Positions 17,830 to 27,189 of a stretch of DNA of 64,000 nucleotides are shown in pieces. The number at the start of each line of letters is the position of its first letter. The first letter of the stretch is position 1. Under the pieces are notes generated by a model. That model saw only the letters and a list, made by a program, of their open reading frames with translations. It made no database searches and was not told the origin of the DNA. Origin of the DNA: Chthoniobacteraceae bacterium. Lineage in GTDB: Bacteria > Verrucomicrobiota > Verrucomicrobiia > Chthoniobacterales > Chthoniobacteraceae. The stretch spans positions 1 through 64,000 of the forward strand of contig JANNXQ010000105.1 of the NCBI GenBank assembly GCA_031409655.1. Direction: 5' to 3'. Both the position numbers and the translations under genes were made by a program.

Positions 17830-19284
17830 ATGGCCCACCCGCCGCGCTGGCAGCTTGCCGACCTCCTCGATTTTGAATCCCTGCTCGCGGCTGATGCTGC
17901 GGGCCCGGAGGAGATGGTGCGGGCGCGGGATCGCGAGATTTTTGCACGGGAGATCGCGTCCCGGGACGAAGCCGCAAAGCTGGATCGCCCGGCGGTTTTC
18001 CATCGCTGGCTGGAAGCGCGGCGCAAACAGGAAAGCGCCGGGTTGCCGGGTGAGGCCGTGCGCGCGGGCTGGGAGACGCTGCTCGTGCTGGCGGTGCTTG
18101 GCGGGCTGATGCTGGGCTCTGGGGTGGGCGCGGCGGTACTGCGGTATTCGGGGGGCGAGCCGGTGAATGTCGCGGTCTTCCTCGGGGCGTTGCTCGGGCC
18201 GCAGTTTCTTTTGCCGCTGGTTTTCGCGGCGCTGGGGCTGCTCCTGCGCTGGCGGGTGGGGCAGACGGCCTTCTCTCGCGCCTTGCTCTGGCTCGGGATG
18301 CAGTTGCGCCGGCTGCCAGGTGAGCAGCGGGTGCGCGTGCAGACGGCGCTGGCGGCGCTGGAGCGGCGGCGGGACATCTACGGCTCGCTGGGAAAGTGGC
18401 CGATGCTCATCGCCACCCAGGTCTTTGCGGTCGCTTTCAATGTCGGTGCGCTCGGGGCCCTGCTCGCGCATGTGCCGACGCGCGAACTGCGCTTCGGCTG
18501 GCAGACGACCCTCGAAGTTTCCTCCGCCCAAGTCGCCCCGGTGGTCGCGTTCGCGGCGTTGCCGTGGAGCTGGGCGCCGGCCGCGCAGCCGACGATTGAG
18601 CAGATCGTCGCGACGCGCTTTGCGCCCGGGCAATCCCTCGCCACGCTGCCCGGTGCGGCGGCGCGCGCCTGGTGGCCTTTCCTCGCGTATGCGATCGGCT
18701 GCTACGGGCTGGTCCTCCGCGGGACCGTGCTGATCTTTGCGCTCTGGCGGCTGCGGGCGGCGTTGGGTGGGCTGCGCTTCGATCACGCGGAGGCCAATGC
18801 CCTTTGGCGCCGGCTCACTGGGCCGCTGATGGCTGCGCCCGCCGAGACGGCAGCCCTGATGATTCCGGCGACGTCGGAAAGTGACACGCTGAAGACCCAC
18901 GCGGGTGGCGCGATCTGGTTGCTCGTGGCGAATGAGTGCGCGCCCTCGGATGCCGATCTCGTGGGTGCGGCTGGACGGGCGCACGGCTGGCAGGCGACAC
19001 GGACCGAGCGGGTGAAGATCGACAGCCGCCACGCGGCAGCCGCGCTCGTCGCCGAACTGGCGGCGGCTCCGATGCGACCGACGGCGGTGGTCGTCGCCGT
19101 GCCGGCGGAACGCGACCCCATCGTGGCCATCGGGCTCTTTCTTCGCGAAGTGCAGCAGGCCGCGGCCAAAGCGGAAGTGCTCGTGTGGTTGGTGGGTGGG
19201 TCGCCAGAGCGGGGAAAATTCTGGCGCGACTTTCTCGCCATCCAGCGCCTCCCGATCGGCATCGAAGCCGCGCCCATCGTATGA
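17830..19284 (+). CDS. DUF2868 family membrane protein
   Basis: PVNV, FGWQTTL, LPWSW, AWWPFL...YGL; overlaps the downstream GTPase gene. Confidence 0.75.
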   Translation: MAHPPRWQLADLLDFESLLAADAAGPEEMVRARDREIFAREIASRDEAAKLDRPAVFHRWLEARRKQESAGLPGEAVRAGWETLLVLAVLGGLMLGSGVGAAVLRYSGGEPVNVAVFLGALLGPQFLLPLVFAALGLLLRWRVGQTAFSRALLWLGMQLRRLPGEQRVRVQTALAALERRRDIYGSLGKWPMLIATQVFAVAFNVGALGALLAHVPTRELRFGWQTTLEVSSAQVAPVVAFAALPWSWAPAAQPTIEQIVATRFAPGQSLATLPGAAARAWWPFLAYAIGCYGLVLRGTVLIFALWRLRAALGGLRFDHAEANALWRRLTGPLMAAPAETAALMIPATSESDTLKTHAGGAIWLLVANECAPSDADLVGAAGRAHGWQATRTERVKIDSRHAAAALVAELAAAPMRPTAVVVAVPAERDPIVAIGLFLREVQQAAAKAEVLVWLVGGSPERGKFWRDFLAIQRLPIGIEAAPIV

Positions 19285-20768
19285 TCGCCGGCGTTCCCTC
19301 TTTCGCGGTCGTCGGCGCGGTCAATCACGGCAAGTCGTCCGTAGTCTCGACGCTCGCGGAAGATGACCGGGTGCGGATCAGCGCGATGCCAGGCGAGACC
19401 GTCCAGTGCGCGCGTTACTCGCTGCGCGACCTGTTCGTTTTCTTCGACACGCCGGGATTTCAAAACGCCTTCGAGGCGCTCGAGGAATTGCGGCCCGCCG
19501 CCCAGGATCGCGAACCCCTCTCGGTCTTCCGCGCCTTTGTGGAGAAGCATCGCGGAGAGCCGGACTTCGACGCCGAGAGCCGGCTCTTTGCGCCCCTGAT
19601 CGAAGGTGCGGGTGTGGTCTATGTCGTCGATGGCTCGCGGCCGTGGTCGGAGTTACACGGAGCGGAGATGGAGATCCTGCGCCTCACGGGTCAGCCGCGG
19701 CTGGCGATCATCAATCGCACGAACGCCACGGATCACGTGGCGGATTGGAAACGCCGACTTGGCCTGCACTTCAATGCGGTGCGCGAATTCAATGCGCACG
19801 CGGCCTCGTTCGCCGATCGCATCGAGCTGCTCGAGACGCTCGCGGGCATTGAGCAGACTTGGAAACCGAAACTCGCGTCGGCGGTGAAGCTCTTGCGCGA
19901 GGAGTGGGAGGCGCGCCTCGATGAATGCGCGGAGATCCTCGTCGCGCTCCTGAGCGATTGCCTCCGGCACCGCGAATCGGAGCCGCCGAAATCCGAACTT
20001 CCCGAGGCCCGCAAGCAACAGGCCGAAGCGCTGCGGGCGCGTTTCCTCACAGAACTCGGACGTCGGGAGGCGCGCGCACACGCGGAGATCATCCGCATCT
20101 TCTGCCACCATCTCGTGAAGGCGGGCGTGCCCGAGGTCAGCGCGGTGACGGCGGATCTTTTCGGCGACGAGACGTGGCGCCTGGCCGGGCTCAACGAAAA
20201 GCAACTCGTTGCCGCGGGTGCCATTATCGGCGGCGCCACGGGTGCCGGGATCGATGTTCTCACGGTGGGCCACACGCTCCTCGCCGGGACCATCGTTGGA
20301 AGCGCGGTGGGGGCGGGCGTCGCCTGGTTCACCGGGAAAAAAAGGCCCGAAATAAAGGTCCGAGTGCCGGGACTCGGCGCACGGCTGCGGGTTGGCGGCG
20401 TTGAGATGACCGTTGGGCCGCTCACGGCGGTCAATTTTCCCTGGATCCTCGTCGATCGGGCGCTCGGCGCGCTCGCTTACTCCGCGAATCGCGCCCATGC
20501 CCGGCGGGACGAGGTCGCCCTCGATGCCCGGCGACTGCAAGCGGTGCTCGAGGAACAGCGGATCGCGGCGAAAGACTGGCCGGAGGACGTCCGCCGCGCG
20601 TGCGAAAAGCTCTTCGTGGAAATCCGTCGTGGCCGTCTCAAGCCAGAGCAGCGTGCGGAACTCAAGCGACTCCTCCGCGCCCGCCTCGCGCAGCTCTGCG
20701 AACAGCGGATCGAATTCGAGAGGTCCACTGCGGAAATGCCTCCTTGCCCGGGTCGCAAATCCCACTAA
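19281..20768 (+). CDS. GTPase/DUF3482 domain protein
   Basis: G1 GAVNHGKSS, G3 DTPG, YVVDGS, Gly-rich hydrophobic hairpin, RAHARR. Confidence 0.8.
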   Translation: MIAGVPSFAVVGAVNHGKSSVVSTLAEDDRVRISAMPGETVQCARYSLRDLFVFFDTPGFQNAFEALEELRPAAQDREPLSVFRAFVEKHRGEPDFDAESRLFAPLIEGAGVVYVVDGSRPWSELHGAEMEILRLTGQPRLAIINRTNATDHVADWKRRLGLHFNAVREFNAHAASFADRIELLETLAGIEQTWKPKLASAVKLLREEWEARLDECAEILVALLSDCLRHRESEPPKSELPEARKQQAEALRARFLTELGRREARAHAEIIRIFCHHLVKAGVPEVSAVTADLFGDETWRLAGLNEKQLVAAGAIIGGATGAGIDVLTVGHTLLAGTIVGSAVGAGVAWFTGKKRPEIKVRVPGLGARLRVGGVEMTVGPLTAVNFPWILVDRALGALAYSANRAHARRDEVALDARRLQAVLEEQRIAAKDWPEDVRRACEKLFVEIRRGRLKPEQRAELKRLLRARLAQLCEQRIEFERSTAEMPPCPGRKSH

Positions 20769-20782
20769 ACCCGCACCCTGTC

Positions 20783-21784
20783 ATGTCTCCTTTCGGCGTC
20801 TATATCCTCTGCCATAAAGCAGATTTTCGGCTGACCCGAGGTTGTTGTGAGAGCATCCGTCGATTCGCCGGCGAAGTGCCGATCTGTTTGATTGTTGAGG
20901 GCAGCTTTTCCACGGAGGCCCTGGAGCGGCAGTACGGCTGTCAGACCCTGCGGCGCGAAGACATCAAAGACGAGAGCCTGCGCACGAAGAGCTTCGGCGG
21001 TTGGGGTTACTCAAAAATGGTCGCTTTCTGGGAGGGGCCGTTCGAGCGGTTTCTTTATCTCGACTCAGATACCATCATGCTCGGCAACGTCTGCGCGATG
21101 GCCGACGAAATGCCCGTGGATATGATCATCCCGGAAGTCCCGGCGACGCTTTATCAGCCGGAGGCGATGAATGTGCATTGGCTGAATCCGGAGTTTGTGG
21201 CGAGAAACTTCCCCAGTTATCGGATCTACGATCACCCTTACTTTACCACCGGAGTCTTCTTCGGTCGGAAGGGTCTGTTTGAGCTTGGCGAGTACCTCCG
21301 TCTTCTGGACCTTCAACGGGCCTATCCGAAGGATAGTTTCCGCCCAGTCTCGGGCGAACAGGGACTGCTTAATTTCCTCGTGTTCTCTGCTGCCGCTGCG
21401 GGCCGGCTGACTTATGCCGTGAAACCACTCCAGATTTGCCCGCTCTATATGGAGAAAGGCGAGGTCTCGGAGATCAATGAGGCGCTGCGCTCCGCGGATG
21501 GTGAATGGAAGGGGCCGCGGGCGGTGATTCACTATGTGGATGTCAAGCCGAGCTTGCTGCACGAGGGGTGGGCTCGGCGGAGCACTGCGGAAGTGAATGA
21601 TGCCTGGACGCCTCCGCCAGGGTGGCCCTCGGCGATGAACAAGATGAGGCTGCAAAGTTATGCCGCGTGCGGCTACCCATATTTCGCCGCCATCGCCCGC
21701 GTTCTGGCTCAGGATCTCCGTTACCATGGTGAAGCTATGGGGAAACGCCTGCGTTCCCGCCTTAAGACAAATCATCTATGTTGA
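20783..21784 (+). CDS. Putative GT-A fold glycosyltransferase (GT8-like)
   Basis: FLYLDSD (DxD), FTTGVF, EQGLLN, VIHY. Confidence 0.65.
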   Translation: MSPFGVYILCHKADFRLTRGCCESIRRFAGEVPICLIVEGSFSTEALERQYGCQTLRREDIKDESLRTKSFGGWGYSKMVAFWEGPFERFLYLDSDTIMLGNVCAMADEMPVDMIIPEVPATLYQPEAMNVHWLNPEFVARNFPSYRIYDHPYFTTGVFFGRKGLFELGEYLRLLDLQRAYPKDSFRPVSGEQGLLNFLVFSAAAAGRLTYAVKPLQICPLYMEKGEVSEINEALRSADGEWKGPRAVIHYVDVKPSLLHEGWARRSTAEVNDAWTPPPGWPSAMNKMRLQSYAACGYPYFAAIARVLAQDLRYHGEAMGKRLRSRLKTNHLC

Positions 21785-22500
21785 GAAGAATCAAACATTT
21801 GATCCGTGCTTACATTGAGGATAAATATCTGTTTCACGGGGGGCAAAGAGGTCTGGCCGGTCGGCAGAGCTTCTTATGCGATGCCTGGCAGGCACTGACG
21901 TTCAATGGGATCGCGGGCGACTACGCCGAGTTTGGGTGCCACGGGGGTAATACTTTTGGGTTTTCGTGGCGGGAATCGAGGCGGATGAACGCCCGTCCGC
22001 ATCTTTGGGCCTTCGATTCCTTTGCCGGTCTTCCGGCGCAGCGTGGAGGGAGGGATTTTCACCCGGCGTGGGTCCCGGGCACGATGGCAACGTCGCTCCC
22101 TGACTTCCACGCACAATGCCAGGCCGCCGGGATTCCGCGGAGCGAATACACGGCCGTGCCGGGATTTTATGATGTTACTTTGCCGGCGCTCGGAGAGTCC
22201 GGCGAACCGAAAGCCATCGCGCTGGCCTACGTTGACTGCGACCTCTACTCGAGCACGCAGTCGGTGTTGCAATTTCTCAAACATCGATTGCAGCACGGCA
22301 TGATCATCGGCTTCGACGACTATTACTGCTGGTCGGCGACGCAAATCTCCGGCAATCGGCTCGCGATGCTCGAAGCATTCACCGGAGACATGCCCTGGCG
22401 ACTGATCCCCTATCTCCCGATCGGGTGGCACGGTCAGTCTTTCTATGTGGAAGATCAGCGGCTCCGAATCGGGGGTAGCGGCGCGGAGGCCCGCAAATAG
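21778..22500 (+). CDS. TylF/MycF/NovP-related O-methyltransferase
   Basis: GDYAEFGCHGG, FDSFAGLP, VDCDLYSS, FDDY. Confidence 0.88.
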   Translation: MLRRIKHLIRAYIEDKYLFHGGQRGLAGRQSFLCDAWQALTFNGIAGDYAEFGCHGGNTFGFSWRESRRMNARPHLWAFDSFAGLPAQRGGRDFHPAWVPGTMATSLPDFHAQCQAAGIPRSEYTAVPGFYDVTLPALGESGEPKAIALAYVDCDLYSSTQSVLQFLKHRLQHGMIIGFDDYYCWSATQISGNRLAMLEAFTGDMPWRLIPYLPIGWHGQSFYVEDQRLRIGGSGAEARK

Positions 22501-22542
22501 CGGTTGCCATCGCGGGGAGGGCTCGCCAAGACTTACGAAACT

Positions 22543-23040
22543 ATGAAAGACATCCGCATCATCATGAAAACCAGCCGGGGCGACATTGAGGCGACCTTCT
22601 TTGCGTCGAAAGTCCCGGTGACTTGCGCCAATTTTCTCAACCTCGCCAAGCGGGGCTATTACGACGGCTTGAAGTTTCACCGCGTGATCAAGGATTTTAT
22701 GATCCAGGGCGGCGATCCCACGGGCACCGGGATGGGCGGGCCCGGATACAAGTTTGCCGATGAGATCGACAAGTCGCTGAAGCACACCAAACCCGGGATT
22801 TTCTCGATGGCGAATGCGGGGCCGAACTCGAATGGCAGCCAGTTTTTCGTCACGCATGTCCCCTGCGCCTGGCTCGATGGGAAACATGCGGTCTTTGCGG
22901 AGGTGACGAAGGGTCAGGACGTCGTGAATGCGGTGCAGCAGGGTGACAAGATCACGACGATCGACATCCTCGATCCTACAGACGACCTCTTCGCCGCGCA
23001 GAAGGCGAATCTCGATAAGTGGAACTCGACCCTCGGGTAA
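22543..23040 (+). CDS. Cyclophilin-type peptidyl-prolyl isomerase
   Basis: [41 protein letters not shown]. Confidence 0.95.
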   Translation: MKDIRIIMKTSRGDIEATFFASKVPVTCANFLNLAKRGYYDGLKFHRVIKDFMIQGGDPTGTGMGGPGYKFADEIDKSLKHTKPGIFSMANAGPNSNGSQFFVTHVPCAWLDGKHAVFAEVTKGQDVVNAVQQGDKITTIDILDPTDDLFAAQKANLDKWNSTLG

Positions 23041-23046
23041 GTGCCG

Positions 23047-23172
23047 CTGGGAGCGCTGCCGTCCCGTGCGGCCTCGGGGTGCTCGCGGGGCGCTCGCTTT
23101 GGGCGTCGGTGAAGAGAGAGTTTGCGCTTTGCGTTTTGGGAGGGTGCCGTGCAGGGGCGGCAGCACTCCCGG
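23047..23172. repeat. REP/REPIN-like palindromic element, family A copy 4 (degenerate)
   Basis: CTGGGAGCGCTGCCGTCCCGTGCGGC ... GCCGTGCAGGGGCGGCAGCACTCCCGG. Confidence 0.75.
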
Positions 23173-23173
23173 G

Positions 23174-24037
23174 CTAGCCGCTGGCCCGCTTGCGGCTCGT
23201 CGCCGCTTTCAAAGCTGGAACTGGCGGTGGCACGTCCAGCGCGGACTCGACGTAGAGCCCCACCTGATCCTTGACGTCGCCGACGAGGAGGTCGGCTTGC
23301 TCCAGTTCCTTTTCGCCGATGTGCAGCGCGCCCATGAAAAAGCCGCCTTTTTCGAAGTTCACGGAGCGCGCATAAATCGTTCCGGCGAAGACGCCACCCT
23401 TATTGATCGTGACGCAACCGTCGCAATGGATGATGGCGGCCACGGTGCCATCGATCTCCACCGCTTTCGCCCGCACTGGACGCGCAAATTCCAACTCGGA
23501 TTTCTTGTCGATGATCAACTTCGCCGTCTCGATGGTACCGAGGAAGGTGCCCTTCATTTTTACATGCACATCACCGGAGCAGATCAGCCGGCCGCGCACC
23601 TTGCCTTCGATGTAGGCCGCCGCGCAGGCGACCCGCACGCTGGCGAGGTCGCCTTTGGAGGTGACCGTGACGGTGCCCTGCGTCTGGATGGTGCGCGCGT
23701 ACGGCCCGGCCACCTTGAGGTCGCGCAGATCCAGGTAGCTCGCGCAGGACGGGCAAAGGCTCGACTGCGCGGAGCTACTGACGACCTGCCGATGGCCGCA
23801 GGAGTGGCAGCAGATGGTGCGCTCTTTCTCGCCGGAGACCGCCTTGGTCAGCCGCGCGAAAAAGCCCGGCTCCTTGAGGCTCGTGGCCTCCTTGGAGAGC
23901 ACGCGCTCGATCGAGTAATGCTGGCCGCATTTGCGGCAGAATGTCGTCTTGGCGTGCGAAGACTCGAGCTGGCTGTAGCCGCAATGCGGACAGTCAGCGC
24001 TGATCTTGTCGAGCTGCGCTGGGACTTCGTTGGCCAC
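23174..24037 (-). CDS. Bactofilin-domain protein with two N-terminal zinc ribbons
   Basis: CPHC/CRKC and CHSC/CPSC, then beta-helix repeats (IEGKVRGRL, IDGTVAAII, FEKGGFFMG). Confidence 0.8.
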   Translation of the reverse strand: MANEVPAQLDKISADCPHCGYSQLESSHAKTTFCRKCGQHYSIERVLSKEATSLKEPGFFARLTKAVSGEKERTICCHSCGHRQVVSSSAQSSLCPSCASYLDLRDLKVAGPYARTIQTQGTVTVTSKGDLASVRVACAAAYIEGKVRGRLICSGDVHVKMKGTFLGTIETAKLIIDKKSELEFARPVRAKAVEIDGTVAAIIHCDGCVTINKGGVFAGTIYARSVNFEKGGFFMGALHIGEKELEQADLLVGDVKDQVGLYVESALDVPPPVPALKAATSRKRASG

Positions 24038-24050
24038 TGTGGGCCTTTGG

Positions 24051-24545
24051 TTACGGGCGTCCGCCGCCGCTGGCCGCCTTCGGATCGGCGCTCCGGACCA
24101 CTTCCGGCTGCTTCATCGCGATCTTGTTCGGCGTGACTTCGGATTTTCCGACGAAGGTGGCGCCGTCTTCGATGACGAGGCGCGCGGCCTTGAGGTCGCC
24201 ATGGAGTACGGCGCGGCTCTTCAGTTCGCACTTCTCTTCGACGGTGATATTGCCGGTCACTTTGCCGAGCACGCTCACGGAACGGGTCTTGATCTCGCCG
24301 CGGATCTCGGCGTTTTCGCCGATCGTCAGAGTGCCTGCGGAGTTGATCTCGCCTTCGACCTTGCCGTCGATGGTGAGGTCGTTGGTGAATTTGATGGATC
24401 CTTTGATCTCGACGTCAGCCGAGAGAAGATTTTTTTGGGCGGTTGGGTCAGCCATAGGAGTGCGGGTGGTAGTTTTTGTTTCGTTGCGGGTGAGTGGAAG
24501 CTGCCCCGTTTCGGGCTCTGCATTGGTGGAATCGAAGAGGCCCAT
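24051..24545 (-). CDS. Bactofilin (polymer-forming cytoskeletal protein)
   Basis: VEIKGSIKF...IDGKVEGEI...VLGKVTGNI...IEDGATFVG; alternative start at 24455. Confidence 0.92.
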   Translation of the reverse strand: MGLFDSTNAEPETGQLPLTRNETKTTTRTPMADPTAQKNLLSADVEIKGSIKFTNDLTIDGKVEGEINSAGTLTIGENAEIRGEIKTRSVSVLGKVTGNITVEEKCELKSRAVLHGDLKAARLVIEDGATFVGKSEVTPNKIAMKQPEVVRSADPKAASGGGRP

Positions 24546-24696
24546 AGCGGTGCGGGGACGCGATCATGCGGCCCTCCAAAATCGCTGTCAACGACGAGCA
24601 CGGTGTCGCGCTAAAAAAGCGCGAAATGACACACCTCGGCGGCGAAAATTCCTGGTTCGTGAAGCCGGACCGATACCGCGAAAGACCACCGTGGGG

Positions 24697-24826
24697 ATTT
24701 TGAAAACGCAGAGACGCGGAGGCGCAGAGGACGCGGAGGGAAAAGCGGGCGTTATTCCTGAGGCACTGGTGGGTGAAAAGCGGGTGGATTCATCGCTGCG
24801 TCCTCTGATCTCTGCGTTTTCAAAAT
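24697..24826. repeat. Inverted repeat with ACGCAGAG-type tandem units
   Basis: ATTTTGAAAACGCAGAGA ... TCTCTGCGTTTTCAAAAT (18-bp perfect termini). Confidence 0.8.
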
Positions 24827-24864
24827 GCCCTCCGCCTGCCTCGTTCCGACGCAGGCACTCGTGC

Positions 24865-25566
24865 CTACTCCGATTTCTCCAGCGCGGGCGCGGGCTTGCC
24901 GGTCACCGCGGTGAAGACGGCCTGCGCGATGCGGCCGCTGCCCTCGGCATTGGGATGCACCCGGTCGGGGAAAAGGTCGAGGTTCTGCTCGAGCGCGGCG
25001 TGCAGGTCGATGAGGGGGATTTTTTCCTCCTCCGCCACCTGCCGCAGCGGAGGGCGCACGACCCTCGCGAGGACTTCCTCGGTGATCCCGAATTTTCCTG
25101 GAACCGCCGGCGTCGGGAGGCAGAGGAAAAACTTCACCTTGGGATTCGCCTCGCGAAAGGCGGCGAGCAGGGTGCGACAATCGGTGGCGAGATGTTCCGG
25201 GTGCGCGGCGTTTTGCGGTTTGCTGTCGTTGGTTCCGAGCTTGATGACGACGACATCGGGCTGGAAGGCGAGCGCGTCGGTGAAGGCTTTCTGCATCCGG
25301 TAAGGCTTGTCAGCGCTCTCGAGCATGGTCGCGCCGCTCACCCCGAAGTTCTGCACCTTCCAGCCGTCGCCGAGCATCCGCTGGAGCTGCAGCGGATAGG
25401 TGAAGGCCTTGTTTTTCAGCACGGTTCCTGCCGTGATGCTGTCGCCCACACACGCGAGCTTCGTGGCATCTGGGCGCGGCGTGATCACGGGCGGCACGAT
25501 CGGCTCGGTGCCGAACGCGAGACGGGCAAAGGTGACGACCGCGGCGAAGAGGGGCTTGGGACTCAT
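24865..25566 (-). CDS. Secreted SGNH/GDSL hydrolase
   Basis: GDSIT, NFGVSG, LGTND, DRVHP. Confidence 0.9.
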   Translation of the reverse strand: MSPKPLFAAVVTFARLAFGTEPIVPPVITPRPDATKLACVGDSITAGTVLKNKAFTYPLQLQRMLGDGWKVQNFGVSGATMLESADKPYRMQKAFTDALAFQPDVVVIKLGTNDSKPQNAAHPEHLATDCRTLLAAFREANPKVKFFLCLPTPAVPGKFGITEEVLARVVRPPLRQVAEEEKIPLIDLHAALEQNLDLFPDRVHPNAEGSGRIAQAVFTAVTGKPAPALEKSE

Positions 25567-25651
25567 GGGTGCGCCGGAGGATCCACGTTCACTCTGCCGG
25601 CGTCGAATCTTCTGCAGCCACGGAACGGGCTGCCCAGCGCTCCGGGGCGCG

Positions 25652-26353
25652 CTACTTCGCGGCGGGCTTGGCCGCCACCTTCGGCACGGGAGCCGGCTTG
25701 ATGGTCAGCTTCGTCTTCTCCCAATCCTGCTTCGGCACCGCGTCCCAGACTCGGAGATTGCGGAAGGAGGTGGACTGGCCCGCGACGGTGAAGCCGAGGT
25801 TCGCCTTCTTCGTGGCGAGCAATGGATCCGAACCAAACGTCGCGTGGGCGCCGTCCACGGTGGCGAGCATGGTGTCTCCGACAATCTCGAGGACCACGGT
25901 GTGCCATTCGCCGGTCTTGAGCGGAATGTTTTGGCGACCGAAGATCACGGCCTTGTCCGGACCGTCATGATCATGATCGTCCTTTTGCACGGTGAAGCCG
26001 GTTGGGTTGAGCAAGACGCGGCAAACGTGCTCCTTCGCGTCGCTGATGCTCAGCGTGGTCATCTTCGCGCCGTCGAGTTTCACTTCGTATTGGATGACGG
26101 CATTTTCAAAAGCGAGCGCGTGGCGCATGACCGCGCCGTGCTTGTCTTCGGGCTTCTCCGCGCCGGAGAGGATGCCGTCCATCACTTCCCATTTTCCCTT
26201 CGCGGCTTTCCATTCCTTGCCGTCGGGAGCGGTCTTGAGGTCGTCGCTCAGGAGTTGCTTGCCGGGTTCGGCGAGGAGCGTCTTCGGCGCGTCGGCAGCG
26301 AAGCTGGCGCAAAGTGGGAGGCTGAGCAGGGTGAGGGCGGACTGGAGTTTCAT
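25652..26353 (-). CDS. Secreted ConA-like beta-sandwich protein (DUF1080-like)
   Basis: Signal peptide; GKWEVMDG, GEWHTV, FRNLRVW. Confidence 0.6.
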   Translation of the reverse strand: MKLQSALTLLSLPLCASFAADAPKTLLAEPGKQLLSDDLKTAPDGKEWKAAKGKWEVMDGILSGAEKPEDKHGAVMRHALAFENAVIQYEVKLDGAKMTTLSISDAKEHVCRVLLNPTGFTVQKDDHDHDGPDKAVIFGRQNIPLKTGEWHTVVLEIVGDTMLATVDGAHATFGSDPLLATKKANLGFTVAGQSTSFRNLRVWDAVPKQDWEKTKLTIKPAPVPKVAAKPAAK

Positions 26354-26418
26354 GGTGAGGATGTGGGAGAGCGATTGCGTGGGGCTCGCGGTGGATAATG
26401 AATCCGCGAGACGCCGTT

Positions 26419-27189
26419 TTATTTGGGAGGAGCGGAGAGCAATGCCGCCAGCTCGGGTGCGGATTTCCGAAGTTCGGCGACGACCAGTGGCGCGACCATT
26501 TCGCCGCCGCGCTGTGTGAGATGGGTGTGATCCATGGTCCCGGGCGTCTTGCCTTCGGGCTCCAACGCGGAGAGGTCGGCGGGGCTGAGCTTTTCCACCA
26601 GTTCGATGCTGCGCGCATTCAAATCCACGAGCGGGACACTCTTTTCCACCGCCACACGTTTCGCTGCGGCGACATAGCCGACGAGGAGGTCAGGCACGAG
26701 TTTGCCCTCGCGAAAGGTGCGGCGGGTGAGCGAGGTCACGAGCACCGGCTTGGCGCCGAGGGCGCGGGCTTCGTCCACGTAGCGGGCGAGATTTTCGGGA
26801 AAGGTCGTGGCAGGATCGGTCTCGCGCGCCGGACCTTTGCCGGGTTGATCGTTGTGTCCGAATTGAATGAGCAGCCAGTCCGGTTTGTGGCTGAGCGCGG
26901 TCTTCCAGTAGCCGCCGTCGCGGAAGCTCTTCGTGCTGGCCCCACCCTTCGCGTCATTGAAGCACTCCGCGCTGTCTCCGAGCAGTTTTCCAAAGGCATC
27001 GCCCCACCCGCTCTTGCTCGCCACGGTCGAGTCGCCGATCAGCACGACGCGGATCTTTGCCGGCTCCGCACCGTGAAGGAAAGAGGCGCACGCCAGCATC
27101 GCGAGCAACGCCAAGGAGCTGGGGCGCCTTCGCCCCGTTTTTGAGACTCGGGGCGAGGGCGCCCCTGCTCCTTGAGCCATCGCGCTCAT
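26419..27189 (-). CDS. Rhamnogalacturonan acetylesterase-like SGNH hydrolase
   Basis: IGDSTV, GWG, GASTKSF, IQFGHND, DHTH. ATG at 27189 overlaps the upstream stop; a later start is possible. Confidence 0.88.
   Translation of the reverse strand: MSAMAQGAGAPSPRVSKTGRRRPSSLALLAMLACASFLHGAEPAKIRVVLIGDSTVASKSGWGDAFGKLLGDSAECFNDAKGGASTKSFRDGGYWKTALSHKPDWLLIQFGHNDQPGKGPARETDPATTFPENLARYVDEARALGAKPVLVTSLTRRTFREGKLVPDLLVGYVAAAKRVAVEKSVPLVDLNARSIELVEKLSPADLSALEPEGKTPGTMDHTHLTQRGGEMVAPLVVAELRKSAPELAALLSAPPK
27112..27174. repeat. REP-like inverted pair, family C
   Basis: CAAGGAGCTGGGGCGCCTTCGCCCCG ... CGGGGCGAGGGCGCCCCTGCTCCTTG. Confidence 0.8.
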
